A DNA stretch of 64,000 nt. It comes from Vitrella brassicaformis CCMP3155 (Eukaryota; Protista; Chromerida). The stretch lies in assembly GCA_001179505.1 (NCBI GenBank), contig CDMY01000144.1, positions 62,001-126,000 of the forward strand, written 5' to 3'. The notes below the pieces were generated by a model. That model saw nothing but the letters and a program-made list of their open reading frames with translations. It did not search any database and was not told the origin of the DNA. Each line of letters starts with the position of its first letter. The first letter of the stretch is position 1. Made by a program: the position numbers and the translations under genes. Below, in pieces: positions 11,291 through 23,100 of this stretch.

Positions 11291-13324
11291 TCATCCGTTT
11301 GCATCGTCTTCAACGACGTCCTCTCGATAGACGTCGTTCTGGCGAGTTGCCCTCGCGGCGCCATCATCATTCGTCCGTGTTTGGTGAGATCTTGGCAGGC
11401 TGTCGGGTAGTGGATGCAACAGGTGCAGAGACGCGTCCGGGGCATGCCGCGTGTCTCGCTGGTTTTCCCCTCGTTTGAGCTCCGCTTACCCGAACACCGG
11501 TTGAAACAAGGTGATAAGTGTACTTGTCTGTCTGAAAAGCCTTACAGGTAGGTCGCTCTGTTTTATTGCTCGAAGAAACGCATTAATTGCCGTGTCGCTC
11601 AGTCACTGCGGGTCATTCATGAAGGGTCAACTCTCGACCCACACGAAGAGGCAGGTGCCCGTCGAGTTCGATCCGTCTGCGGCCCGGATGATTCGTGTCT
11701 CATGGTTTCTACCATTAATACTTCTGTGCCTTGCTTCTCCTCGCTTCCTCTGCTTCCTCCTCTTGTGCCTCTTCGCTTCTTTGCCTCTTCCCGCTCTCCT
11801 GCAGGAGCTCCGGGGCAAACTCTTCCACCAGGCTGTAGGCATGTGTGTCGTTCAGCTGCCGCACACCAGCCGCGACAAAGAAGAATACGCATGGCTGCGC
11901 GTCGACAGGGAGGCTGTATTCGAGCAGGTCGAGGGACGGGTTTTCCCCATCCCTTCCCTGAGCACCTCTTTGTCTTCAATCGTCACGAGCACCAGACGGG
12001 CTGACTGAATGAAACACATGATCTGTTTGGTGACACACACACCAGGAGAGAGACACACACTTGTACCATCAATCAAGGCAGCTGAGCCCGTACTGAGTCC
12101 ATGTAATGACCTGGTGGGCCGTGCTGCCTGGGGGGTAGCTGCGGTCGATGGTCACTGATGGGGCCAGATGGGGCAGCAGCAGATCGGCTTGGGGGTTTTG
12201 CGGGCCGCCAGCAATCCTCTCTCGCTTCTTCACGCACTCACGAGTCATCTCTTCGACTTCCGGCCAAGCCTTGAGGATGTCGAACACTATGCGCAGCCAG
12301 GGCGGCATCTCCTTCTTCAAGCCGCTCTCCTGCTCTACGGCCTCGACCGTTCTGTTGCGGAGCTGCTCGAGTGTGTCGGCGCCATCATTAATGCCGACTT
12401 TCTTGTAGAGATTTAATTCGGCGGTTGGAAGAATGTCCGCGTTCCTGTCAAAAAGATAGCTGGTCATCTTCTTGCAGCTTGCCCTGCCGTCTTGCTTCGC
12501 CCGAGGGGCATGCTGGAAGCCAAAGGATTGATAGTAGAAGCCTGACATGCACATGCCGACGAATTGAACGGATCGATGTGCATGTCAGAGCCTGTGCATC
12601 ATCTGCGCGTACCTGCTTTTGAGAGCACATACATGTCCTTGATGCTGCTGACGTCAGTAATTGTCACCTCTTTGCAGCCGTAGGCAGGCGAAAACTGGTC
12701 AATCCATGATAGCATTGCGACCATCATGCTGTTGCCAGACAGCTTGTCGGCCTTCTTCAGACTGGACAGAGACACAATAATACATAAAAGGGCTGACAGC
12801 TTGTATTCTCGGTCATGCACATACCCCGCCAAGTAGCAGGTGCGCGGCCCCGACCAGCGTTGGATATCCAAACGGCAATGACCACCTGTCACTTCCAGCC
12901 CCTCCACCTGAAGGAGACGTCTGAGTGTTGTCGTATGGTATTACGTAAGATGGATTGAGCGTCGGTCGCTTCGGAATACATACCAGCTGCAGTGACACCT
13001 TAAGAGTCCCTCTAACACCTCGGAGACGCAAGACTACACCGAGCGTGTCTTTGCCCCTGAGGTTCTCCTGGATGCGCTTCCTGAACGCCTCAGGGACCTT
13101 CACAGAACAACTGCAATCGATGCATTCATTGCAGCGGCCAAGACCAGCACGGGATACCGTCTATCTGTTCTTATCCACCTGATGTCGATTGGCTCCTCAG
13201 GGAGGTCCTCGGGCGGTTGTGAGCAGCTCACCAGATCCCCCACCGCGACACGAGACGAGGAGACTTGTTGACACAGCTGACAGAGGATCAGGGCCATGCA
13301 GAGCGACCAGGTACAGAGAGCCAT
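11291..13324 (-). pseudogene. Signal-peptide, GNAT-like protein, copy 1 (frameshifted relative to copy 2)
   Basis: Same six-exon structure as 46790-48804. It has an in-frame deletion of about 72 nt in exon 4 and 4 G instead of 5 G in the MGENP codons (near 11945), which breaks the frame. This could be a homopolymer assembly error. Confidence 0.55.
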
Positions 13325-13432
13325 CGGGATCCGAATCATCCGATCAACGAGATGGAAGCAATGGGATGAGGACTTCACGGCTGCTCGTCTCTCGCGATAC
13401 GGGAAGGTGGGGGCGTATCCTGGCCGCCCCCA

Positions 13433-13461
13433 CCCTGAAACCCTTAACCCTGAAACCCTAA
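13433..13461. repeat. Degenerate telomere-like repeat CCCTGAAA-CCCTTAA-CCCTGAAA-CCCTAA (contains telo-box AAACCCTAA)
   Basis: Read directly from the sequence. A shorter version (GGGGTTTCAGGGTTAAAGG) sits at the equivalent position of copy 2 (46645-46663). Confidence 0.6.
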
Positions 13462-13832
13462 CACCTCTGCAGATCCGCGCGGTTTTGACGAGGACAGGCC
13501 GCCCGGCCAGATCAGGCGGTTGAGAGGCCAGGTAAGAGCCTTCAAAGAGATGCTCTTTGCCACAAAATTGGATCTGTGGCGCAGGGCGTCGGTCTTCGCG
13601 CGCATGCACCTGGGTACACCTGGGCAAGCTACTCAAGACGGCACGCAGCCACGGATACGCCATGTGGCAGCTGGCATTCGCCTGGTGCTACACACGCCCA
13701 TTCGTAGGCCACGCCAGACCACGCCACACACTCGACAGACACTGTTGCTGCTGCTGTGTGTGTGTGTTGGTCGATTGGCTGGGAAGCGGCTGCACCGCCA
13801 TGTGGGAGGCGGGGCGAGGTGAGCGAGCCAAC

Positions 13833-13867
<35 letters not shown>

Positions 13868-14495
13868 GCCAGTCAGACAGCCCACCCCTTCAAACCACCC
13901 GCCGCGCCCTTACACTCACACGCCAGAGAGGACGGACACGCACCCCACCCCCTCCCTCCCCCACGCAGACATGCAGTAGCTAGTCGCACGCGCGAGGGCG
14001 ATAGACAAGCGAGAGCGAATCCATCCAGACACATGACTGAATCCAACAATGCACCAAACCCCACACACACCTTCTGCCTGCCTCTCCGTCTCGCCCTATC
14101 TCCCCCGTGTGTATTCGTTGGCCTGGGTGGGTGGATGTGGTGTCCTTCTGCACGACTGGCTGCGTGCTTCTCTGCCTGCCTACCTGCCTGCCTGCCTGCC
14201 AACTCGGAGACATCATAGCGTGAGTAGATGGGGGGGTCTGCGTCCGCCCATGCGTGTGCGCGTGTGCGGGACTTGTGTGTGTGGGTATTAGGCGTGGCCG
14301 ACTGCCGATTGACGTGAATGGCATACACTAGAAGAAAGCCTTCCATTCCAAAACAAGTGTCCGACCACAGACAGATGATTTAAATCATCACAACTCCCTG
14401 ACAGCGCTGGACGCAGAGCAGTTGCGGATCAACGACACAAGTCCACACACAGACTCAGTCAAATGTAGAGAGAGAGGGGGGGCGAGACCGTCCGT

Positions 14496-17483
14496 CTACT
14501 TGATAATCGTGTATTCTTCAACTAGTTCCCCCAGAGCCTCTTTCGTAAGGGGTTTGCCCTTCACATCTGCTGCACCAGCTTCTCTGTACTGGCTCACGAC
14601 GTCAGCCGTCAGAACGCCTGTGAGGCCTACGATGGGGATCGGTGCACTACCACTGGCCTGCAGGCAAACATGCTGTGTCTCCAATGCTGTGTCTTTGTTG
14701 GTTCAGACCAGCACCTGCAAGAGGGCGGTGATTTCTCGTGTTGCAGTGATTCCGTCCTTGATCGGCATGTTGTCCATGAGGATCAGAGAATACCTTTCAC
14801 CGGCACGGATCCTCTCCACAGCCTGCTCATCTGCACTGATACATGCCACGACTGCTGGTACTGATCTTCGTCGGACTTGCCCACCGTCTGTCGCGAAATG
14901 ATGGGCCAGGCCAAATCGCTTGAGCAAGAACGACATTCCAAACCTGGTCAGACACAAAGGGAGCTGACAGGCGTGCATAGAGCCCCTCGACCTTGTCACC
15001 TGACGGTTTCGTTATCCTCAACAAGCAGCACCCTCTGCAATGCACAGTTGCCACAAGGTGCGGACCATTTGCTCATCGACGCACCGTTCTTCCCACCGCC
15101 GTCAAGTGCTTGGTGTCGGGACTATCTGCGTCTGTCATGGGTGGAGGGAGAGACGATTTCCTGCGTCTTGGTGTGGCAGGATTGGTCACAGAAACTGAAC
15201 ATGCTGCTGCATCCCTGGACCTGAATGAAATCAATCACATGCTCTGTGCAGACGGCAGCTCCAGTGCGATGTCTCTTCAGTGTACTCCTGGTGTCTCGCC
15301 GAATGGCCTGTCATGTCGTCTTCCCACTCCATCTCCCTCTCCGAATCAGCAGCGACCAGAATGTTCTCACTGTGATGACGGCGAGAAGCGGTAGGCGAGC
15401 GGGTGGACGGTGCGGAGGTAGAAGAGTCCCGTCGCTCGACGAATGTGCTGTCGATGCGCTTCTTGTCGGCAGGAGAGAGACTGGAGGTGTGACCTGCGTC
15501 AAATAGCGCTTCAAAGAAGAACTCTGACCCCTGGTCGATACCAGCGGATTTGACACCTACACAAGCCATTCATCGTCGTCACGGACAATCTTACCCTTAA
15601 CCACCACCACACCTTCATCGTCGTCAAGGGTTACAATTGGCTGCTTCTTACCCGTCCTGCCCTCTCTGTGTCGCTCCATGAAGGCTTTGGCGATGGATAA
15701 GCCAAGGCCAGCCCCTCCCCCTCGCTGGAGATCGGCGGGGCGTAGCTGTGAGTATGGCTTAAAGAGCTTGCTGAGGTCACTTTGAGGGACGCCGGCACCG
15801 TCGTCTTGCGCCGATATTCGCAGCCGTGGGCCAACTCCTGGGCACCACTCAAGCATCTGACACTGCACAATGAGTGTTCATAGCCATCAGATTGATGGCG
15901 CTCTCAAGGCCAGCTACCTTCATGGTCACGGTCTTGCCCGGCGGCGTGAACTTTCGAGCATTGCTAAGGAAATTGACAGCAACCTGAGAGCACCAGCGCA
16001 TCCGTGTCTTCTCATTGCCTCCCTCCATGTATCTGTGCGTCTCTGCTGGCCTGTTCTAGCCTTGTTTCGTCTCCAACAATTCCTCCATCCCAGCGATCAT
16101 CAAGCTTAGCGAGCAGTCCAGCGTCAATCCGCATATAAAAGGCGATATTCATCACTTCAAAAGACAGCCGGTGGGTGTCATAAATCATCAGCAGCCATCT
16201 GAAGAGATTGAAAGGCCTTAGATGGAACTCAAATCGGCCCGCCTCCAGTTTCTCCAACGTGAGAGCGCTGAATATCGGAACAGACAATAGATGTGAGGTC
16301 AGATACACAAATGCCGTCTCATCTTTTATACATGTGTACTCATTTGTGATGAGCGTCATCCTGCCCATCTGCTGCCCAATTGTCGCCAGCATTGTGTTAA
16401 GCCCTTCGATCCAAGACACGATGTCTTGTTTGCTGCCGTTCTCCACATCGTCGTGGGTCCGTCCTTCTTTCGCAGATCTGCTCACGGCATCGTGCTGGCT
16501 CTCCCGTGAGGTAGTGCAGAAAGGCAGTTCCTCAGCTTTCAGCCGAGCGATGCACTCGTGCAGAATCAGGGACCCAGCAGTCAGCGGATTTCGCACTGGA
16601 GAGGGAGAAAAGACAAAGCTTGTTTGTATCAGCGTGCCTCGTTTCTTACGTTCGTGTAAGATGTAGGAGACACATGCGTGGTAATTGGCTTCCGTCTCTT
16701 TCTGTTTCGTGTGGGCCCTGTAAAGCTCAAAGTCCCGCTGCTCGCCGAGAACGACGCCACAGAGCACCAGCATGACGCAGAAAAACTGACCGGCGATGCT
16801 TTCGTTCATCCACCCAATCATGTCACCCGTCCATGCGCGACGTGAAGAGATACATAGGTAGCGACCGAAAAGGGATACGAGGATGTCAGCAGTGCAGAAG
16901 AATGCCGCAGACGGCAGCTGCACCCTCACGGCAGAGCAAGAGAGTGCCGAGTGTCGTTGTCTGCCTGCCTCTGTTTTTGAGACACGCTTACGTCGAGACG
17001 CACGAGAAAGCATGCAACAGTCTTGATGAGTATGCTGCAGATCCCCAGAGACGTCAGTGCCTGCTCGTCAAGCTCCATTTGCACACAGAGCACCGTCGCA
17101 AGAGCGCTGACAAGCAGGAAGACCCCGACCACAAGGAAATGAAGACACCGCACCAGCACATCTTCGCTGACTCGATAGCTCAGCCACAATGACGCCCCCA
17201 GAAAAGGCACAGATGGCAGGAGATAGAAGCCCACGTCGGCAAACCAGCTGGGGATGAAAGCCCCGGCAACGAGGGTGAGGAAACGCATCACCAAAGGTAA
17301 GAGGACGAAGAGATAGAGAACGCTTCGGGCGGCAGAGATGTAGATGGCTCTCGTTTGCTCCTCGCGCCACCGAAGGAAGGCGGGATCACGCAACCTCTGC
17401 AGTGATCCGAGGAACTTGAAGGTCTCAATCAGGCCGTTCATCCTTCGATGAAGCTGCGTCTTAAAGCGGCCGAGGGAATTCAT
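14496..17483 (-). CDS. Membrane-bound hybrid sensor histidine kinase (multi-TM sensor, HisKA, HATPase_c, receiver)
   Basis: About 5-6 hydrophobic segments. Spliced H-box SYILHE/LRNPL (His at 16654-16656), N-box VAVNFLSNARKFTP, G1 QDDGAGV, F-box LFKPYSQ, G2 GGGAGLGLSIAK. Receiver: RVLLVEDNETVR, ILMDNMP (Asp at 14772-14774), IVGLTG, KP. Confidence 0.9.
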
Positions 17484-17793
17484 CGCAGAGTCGACTCAGA
17501 GATGGAGAAGGTTGTAATGCTGCGAGGGAAGGTACCGAGGAAAAGGTCTCGACCAGGGCAGCTTCCTCGTGTAACGACCACATTCAACTGTGGATAGGAA
17601 AACCTTACGGGAGAAGGAACAGCTCGTCCTAGTAGATGGAATGATGTGATGGCACAAAGTTGACAAGCAAGCGCTGATTTGAAGCCGCAGAGTGGTAAGA
17701 AGAGGCAGCAGGGGTGCATAACTCATCGCTGCTTCCAGATCTCTCATCTGTGTGTCGTGCTGTGTAGTAGTTGGTTCCCCTTCGTTCCTCCCC

Positions 17794-19563
17794 ATGTCGG
17801 CGGACGAATTTATGTTCATCGACGAAGAGCCCTCAATTGGTGTCCGCGACATCCAACCGGAGCAACACAACCACTGGCATGCCGACCGGCAGATGCGACC
17901 ACCGCCTACCCAGCCCTCACTCACGTTGGACAAGGGGCGTGTTCATTTGGAGAAAATTGGAGGACAAGACGCCATTCGGCCTGATCAGTCGACAGAAGAG
18001 CGTCACGCCGTGGACGAAGGAGAGCAGGGGGACAGCGGGAAGGGCGACGACCCTGCGGCGGGCGGGCAGAGGCCTCACGTGGATGGCTCAGTGGTCGACG
18101 GGGAAGACGTGAGCATCGACAAATCCGCCGTCGCCACTCCGCCGTTCGCACTGTCGGATGCCATCGCGAGGTGGAAGTCCACGTTAACGCCCACTCAGGG
18201 CGCAGCCCGGCCCCAGTCCCCCGCCAAAGGGCCTTCCAACGACCCCACGGCCACGCCCACGCCCTCCAAGCACGCGCACGGCCACTCACCAGGTGTGGAT
18301 CAGGACACGGCGGCCGGGCGCTCTTTGGCTGTCGCACCACAGCACGCGTCGTGCCGTGAACGGCCACTCAAACGTCGACTGTCGCCACAGCAGGATGGTG
18401 ATAGCGAGGCTGACGCCTCAGGGAAGGAGGCCAAGAGGGATGGCAGCAGCAAGGTGTGGCTCAAGAGCATAGAAGAGGCCACAGTGGGGTGCTTCGCGTC
18501 TGGCTGTGGTTTGCGGCGTGAGTTGAGGGCTGTGGTGGCGGTGCTGATGCGGGACTACTGGACACATTGCAACAATGTGTTGCGGGTGGAGCCGCAGATA
18601 GCGGGTATGGGTCTGATGCAGCCGGACGAGAGGGAGGCGATGGGCAAGCAGTTGACTGACTTTCGGGAGCAAGGTATATGAAGCTCCACATCACCAGCGA
18701 AACCCACACACGTGATTGACAACCCATGCATGCTGTTTGGTTGCAGGTCGTATGCATCATGTGAATGCACTGGCCGGCGCCCTTTACACCCTCATTCCCC
18801 CACTCCTGGCCAGGCCCGCACTCTTGACGCTCCTCTCCCTCCCCCCCGATGAGCACGCCGAGTGCGTCAAGATCATCGCGGCCGACATACTCGAGAGCCG
18901 GCTGGTGCCTCAGGGGGTCGACACGACACTCACCCGCACAGAGCATTGCGCTGATGCGTTCCGCGAGGGCGTCTTGTCTTCGCGCTTTGTGGTCGAGCGG
19001 GCGACGTTCCTATCGTCCATGCCTCCCTTCGGTGTGTTCGACGTCGACGAGCGGTTGAGGGCGCTGAGAGGCACCGACACACCTGAAGGTGCGAAGGGAC
19101 GGGAGTGGCAATGTCAGTGGAGCGCAGCGACTGCCTTGTTCTCTCTGTGCGTGATGTCTGTTCAGGTGACAGCCGTGCACCCGAGGAGGCCGTTCCAATG
19201 CCACAAGATGACAGCCACCAGCGGTTCAACGAGGCGGCGGAGGCCACATCGCCAGTGGCCACACAAACTGCAGCAGAACTTACCATCCTTCCCCTGCCCT
19301 GCCGGGGGTGGCAGTTTGTCCCCGGCAGCAACAGCAAGGCGACGGGCGACGCGAGCACGACCTGGGACACGTCAACGACTGGCCGGTCTAGCTGGCACTC
19401 GCTCACCGACCCCAGCCCACTCACATCCCAGACGCCCACCAACACAGCCGACCTGGTGGCGACGATCCTCTCGGCCAATCCACCGGGCATTGGGCAGAAT
19501 GCCGGGTGGCCTGGCGAGACCGAGGGGTTGGGGAAGGGGGGGAAGCCGCCATTGCATATGTGA
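17794..19563 (+). CDS. Hypothetical protein (3 exons; disordered termini, helical core)
   Basis: Long exons 17794-18673, 18747-19088 and 19165-19563 joined by GT-AG introns in frame. No family recognised. Confidence 0.65.
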
Positions 19564-20131
19564 GGGCAGAGCGAGGGGGACGGGGAGGGGGGTGGCATAG
19601 ATAGAAGCAGTTGAATCGCTATTATGTGTTTTTCGGTCTGCATCGATTGCTTGTGAAGGTGTTGGTGCGTGTGTGTGTACAGCGAGGACGTCTGGATTCA
19701 AGTAGTGTTTGTGAGGACGGACAGGTGTGCCAACCGGATCGTGTACCCTCCATCCCGCACACCGCAGTGCGATATCCTATTGACTGACGTACAAAGCTGC
19801 ATCTAGGAATCACACGCAGAGTAGCAAGCATAATCACAAGAAGGAAAAAGCGCACGATGCTGGCTGGTCACATGCATCATGAACGACAAACTCTCAGCCG
19901 TGTCCGTTATGTCTGCCCGTTCTACTCTCTCTCCCCTGCCTGCCTCAGTCGTACTCTACTTACGGTGGGTGGGGGCACCTTTCACGACCGTCCATGTTTG
20001 CCGTGCCGCAGGCAAAGCAAATGAGCAAGTCTTCTAGAGACCCGGCTATGCGCACAGCCTCAACAACAATACACACACTTCATTGGACACACACACACTC
20101 CCTCCCCGACGCATCCATGCAGAGCCGCCAA

Positions 20132-23100
20132 TCATCTTCCATGCGCCAGCCATCCCACGGCGTCATCTGCCGGCTCAGGGGCCACACGAGGGCCTGCAAA
20201 GGGTGGTGGGGGAGGGGCAGGGGGAGGCAGCTTCGGTTTACCTGCAAAGAAGCGCAGATCAATACACATCCTGCCTGCCACGCCATGAGTCCTCCCTCAT
20301 TTACGTACCGAATCCGAACATGGGAGGCGGAGCCGCTGCTTTTGGTGGAGGGGGCGGGGGTGGGGGAGGGGGCGGCGCGGAGAGCTCAGGTGACACAGAA
20401 GCAGGGATGATTTGCACGGCAGGGGGAGGTTTGTCTGTGTGTGAGAGGGCGCGGACACAAAATTAGAAATGACCTTTCTCACCCACCCGATATACCAAAC
20501 GACATGTCTCCATATCTGACTCACCGATTGATGGTCTCTTTGGCGGGGGAGGGGGCGGAGGGGGTGGGGACGGTGGGAAAAGCTCCTCTACGCGACCTGA
20601 TGTGTATGACAACATTTGAATGTTGGGAACGAACCAATAATGTGCAGGTGGGTTTGTTGAACGTTCTGACTGTGTGTCTCCCATCCCACCTGGTGGCAAA
20701 ATTGCCTCTGTGGGCGCCTCAGCAACAGGCGGGCGCTCTTCCAGGAGGTCAGGAGGCGCAGCAAATGGCCTTTCGTCCACTTTGACCTCCTCTGCTGCTG
20801 CGAGGGGTGGCTCTGCAATTCATCGCCGTTGAGATGAGCATCCTGAGACGTCACCGCTTCCTTGTGACTCACCTGGAGCAGCCACTGGAGCCTCTGGTGG
20901 TGCTTCTGTGGTAATAGGTGGCTCCTCTGCCTCTGCTTGTGGTTGTGGTTGTCGCGATGGCGGTGGCGGTGGCGGGGGTGATGGGGTGGGCCGCGCTGAT
21001 GGTGGCTCAGGGGTTGCCATCGCCCATGCCGGAGGGGCCCTTCTGCCCTCCGTGTCTTGGAGACGCTCGGCCTCGTCTTCAGGCGCCTCGGTCGGCTTCT
21101 CTTCTTTCTCGGGTGGTTTCTTCCTCGGCGCAGGTGCGGTGACGAATGGGAGCGGCTTGAGCTGCTCTCTCTCCTCGAGCTGCTCCTCAACCATGGCAAG
21201 GGCGGCGATCAGGTCGGCATCCGCCTCTCTCTCGGGGCCCTCTTCCTCACGCACCGGGATCTCCTGCACAACACACAGACAGAAAGATAGACAGACAGGT
21301 GAGCCACGTGGACACACGTGTGTGCAGTGATGATGCACTGATGTGTTTGTTGTGTTGGCTGTGTGCACGTGTGTCCGTTTGTGCATTACTTGGTAGGCCG
21401 GTACCGGTGAGGTAAAGCTCGATTCCAAAGGCATCCCCGGCGGAGGCGGCAAAGGCGGCGCTGGCACCGACGGAGGGGGCGCCCGGGGGACCGCCAACGC
21501 TGGACGGGGGGCCTCGGTCTCTGAAGCAGTGAGGGAAACATGCACCAAGGAGATGCCCCTCTTTCTGATGAGAAGGCCTATATGCCTACCTTCTTCCTTC
21601 TTCTCTTCCTCGACCGATGGCATCTGCTCGCGTCGCTTGGCGGCTTTCCGTGCCTCTTTTCTTTCTTTTGCCGTCTTGAGAATGGACGCCCGGCGTGAGA
21701 CGCGTCGCTGTGTGAGGAGGTTGAGCGTGGCGAAGTCTGAGATGCGCTGGGTGATCTTGACGGTGGCGAGCTTGAGTTTGGCCTTCTCGGCCTCGACGTC
21801 CCTCTCGCCCGCCAATGCACTGCACGCACTCGTAGAGGAGGAACGATGGCACATGGCGAAGGTGACCTGAGTGCGTACGATTTGTGCCTGCAATATTCAC
21901 CCTGCTTTGATCCTCGGGTTGACGTATCCCCAGTAAAAGATGCAGCAGCCGCTGACGGCCAGCAGCACCGCACTGTACACGGCACGGACAGACAAGGAGC
22001 GAGGAGATATGCAGAGAGACATGAAATTGTTCCTCTCTTGTTGCTTCTCGCTGTCTGGCTGACCCAGCGACAATGAGATAAATCCACCATGGGGTCTCGC
22101 CCCTGCCGCGCACTATGGCAGCCTCAGCCGTACTCGGGGGAACTAACGAGTCGCGGGACGCATCGTCGGGGATCTGTGAGTGAAGACACGGATCGCATAC
22201 ATACAAAGTGCAGGCAGGGAGGCAGTGGCTTGTGGTTGTCACCTGGAAGAGGGCGAATTGTGACAGGTGGCAGATGCGGACGCTATACACCAGGGTTGAG
22301 GGAGACCATGAGTCCCTCTTGAGTCCCTCAGGGCAAGTCAGAAAAGCAGGCTCCCACAACTGCAACGCCGTAACAAGACAGACAAGATGGACGGATGTCT
22401 GTCCACACAGGGTGGTCGTCGCTCGGGCAGCCGTACCTCGTACACTGGTTCGAAATAGAAGAGAAAGGGCACTTGGCGAGACGGCCAGCCTGCAGGAAGG
22501 TGCACGGGGAAGGACAGAGGGTACAGCGCTGTTTTCTTTTGCGTGCGACGTGCTGCCTGACCGAGCGCAGTAAACGTGAATTGGATCGTCAATGGCGCCT
22601 TGAACACCAAATACTCTTGACGATAGATAGCACAGGAGCGATGAGTGGGCGGAAGATCAGTATGGCTGTTGTCCAGACCAACCTGCAGTGGCGCCTGACA
22701 GGTGGAAGTTGATGTCTGAGCAAACCTTGACGGCGTCGTTCGCCTTGCAGGGATTGGGGTCAGCTGCATACACCGATGGACACACGCACGAAGGACATGA
22801 CATGCACCCGTCGGGGATGAGATGGGAGAAAGGCTGGCCTTGCTGACTTACCAGTGCCGTTGACGGATCGCACCTCGATGACGGCGAGGTCGTCAAGCAT
22901 GAACATGTCTGCAGCACATACACAGAGGGATGGATGGGCAGGCGCATTGCTGAGCTTACGCTGTCCACGCGACGACTGACTGAGTGACTGACCTCTCTGT
23001 GTCTGCAGTTCCCACGCCGTCGGCTGCTGGTTGGGGCTGAACAGCGGCGGCAAAGAGATCGAATCATATGTCCTAAGAGAGAGAGAAAAGGGGAGACCGG

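Larger units (their letters stand above)
11232..13880 (-). repeat. Copy 1 of a ~2.6 kb duplicated locus, inverted relative to 46400-48872
   Basis: Near-identical coding and non-coding sequence shared with 46.4-48.9 kb on the opposite strand. Homology starts inside a (CTGT)n tract and ends near CTGGCCGCGGCC. Confidence 0.92.

Noticed and set aside
11248-11478. Conserved downstream ORF MPRTRLCT.. / possible ncRNA shared by both copies
   Set aside because: The conservation is explained by a last coding exon in another frame (..DDGAAKATRQDDVYREDVV..) reached from an AA/GTATTA donor.
11232-13880. Possibility that the duplicated unit is a transposon
   Set aside because: No transposase, RT or integrase motifs, no terminal inverted repeats, LTRs or target-site duplication. 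It is kept as a duplicated gene locus.
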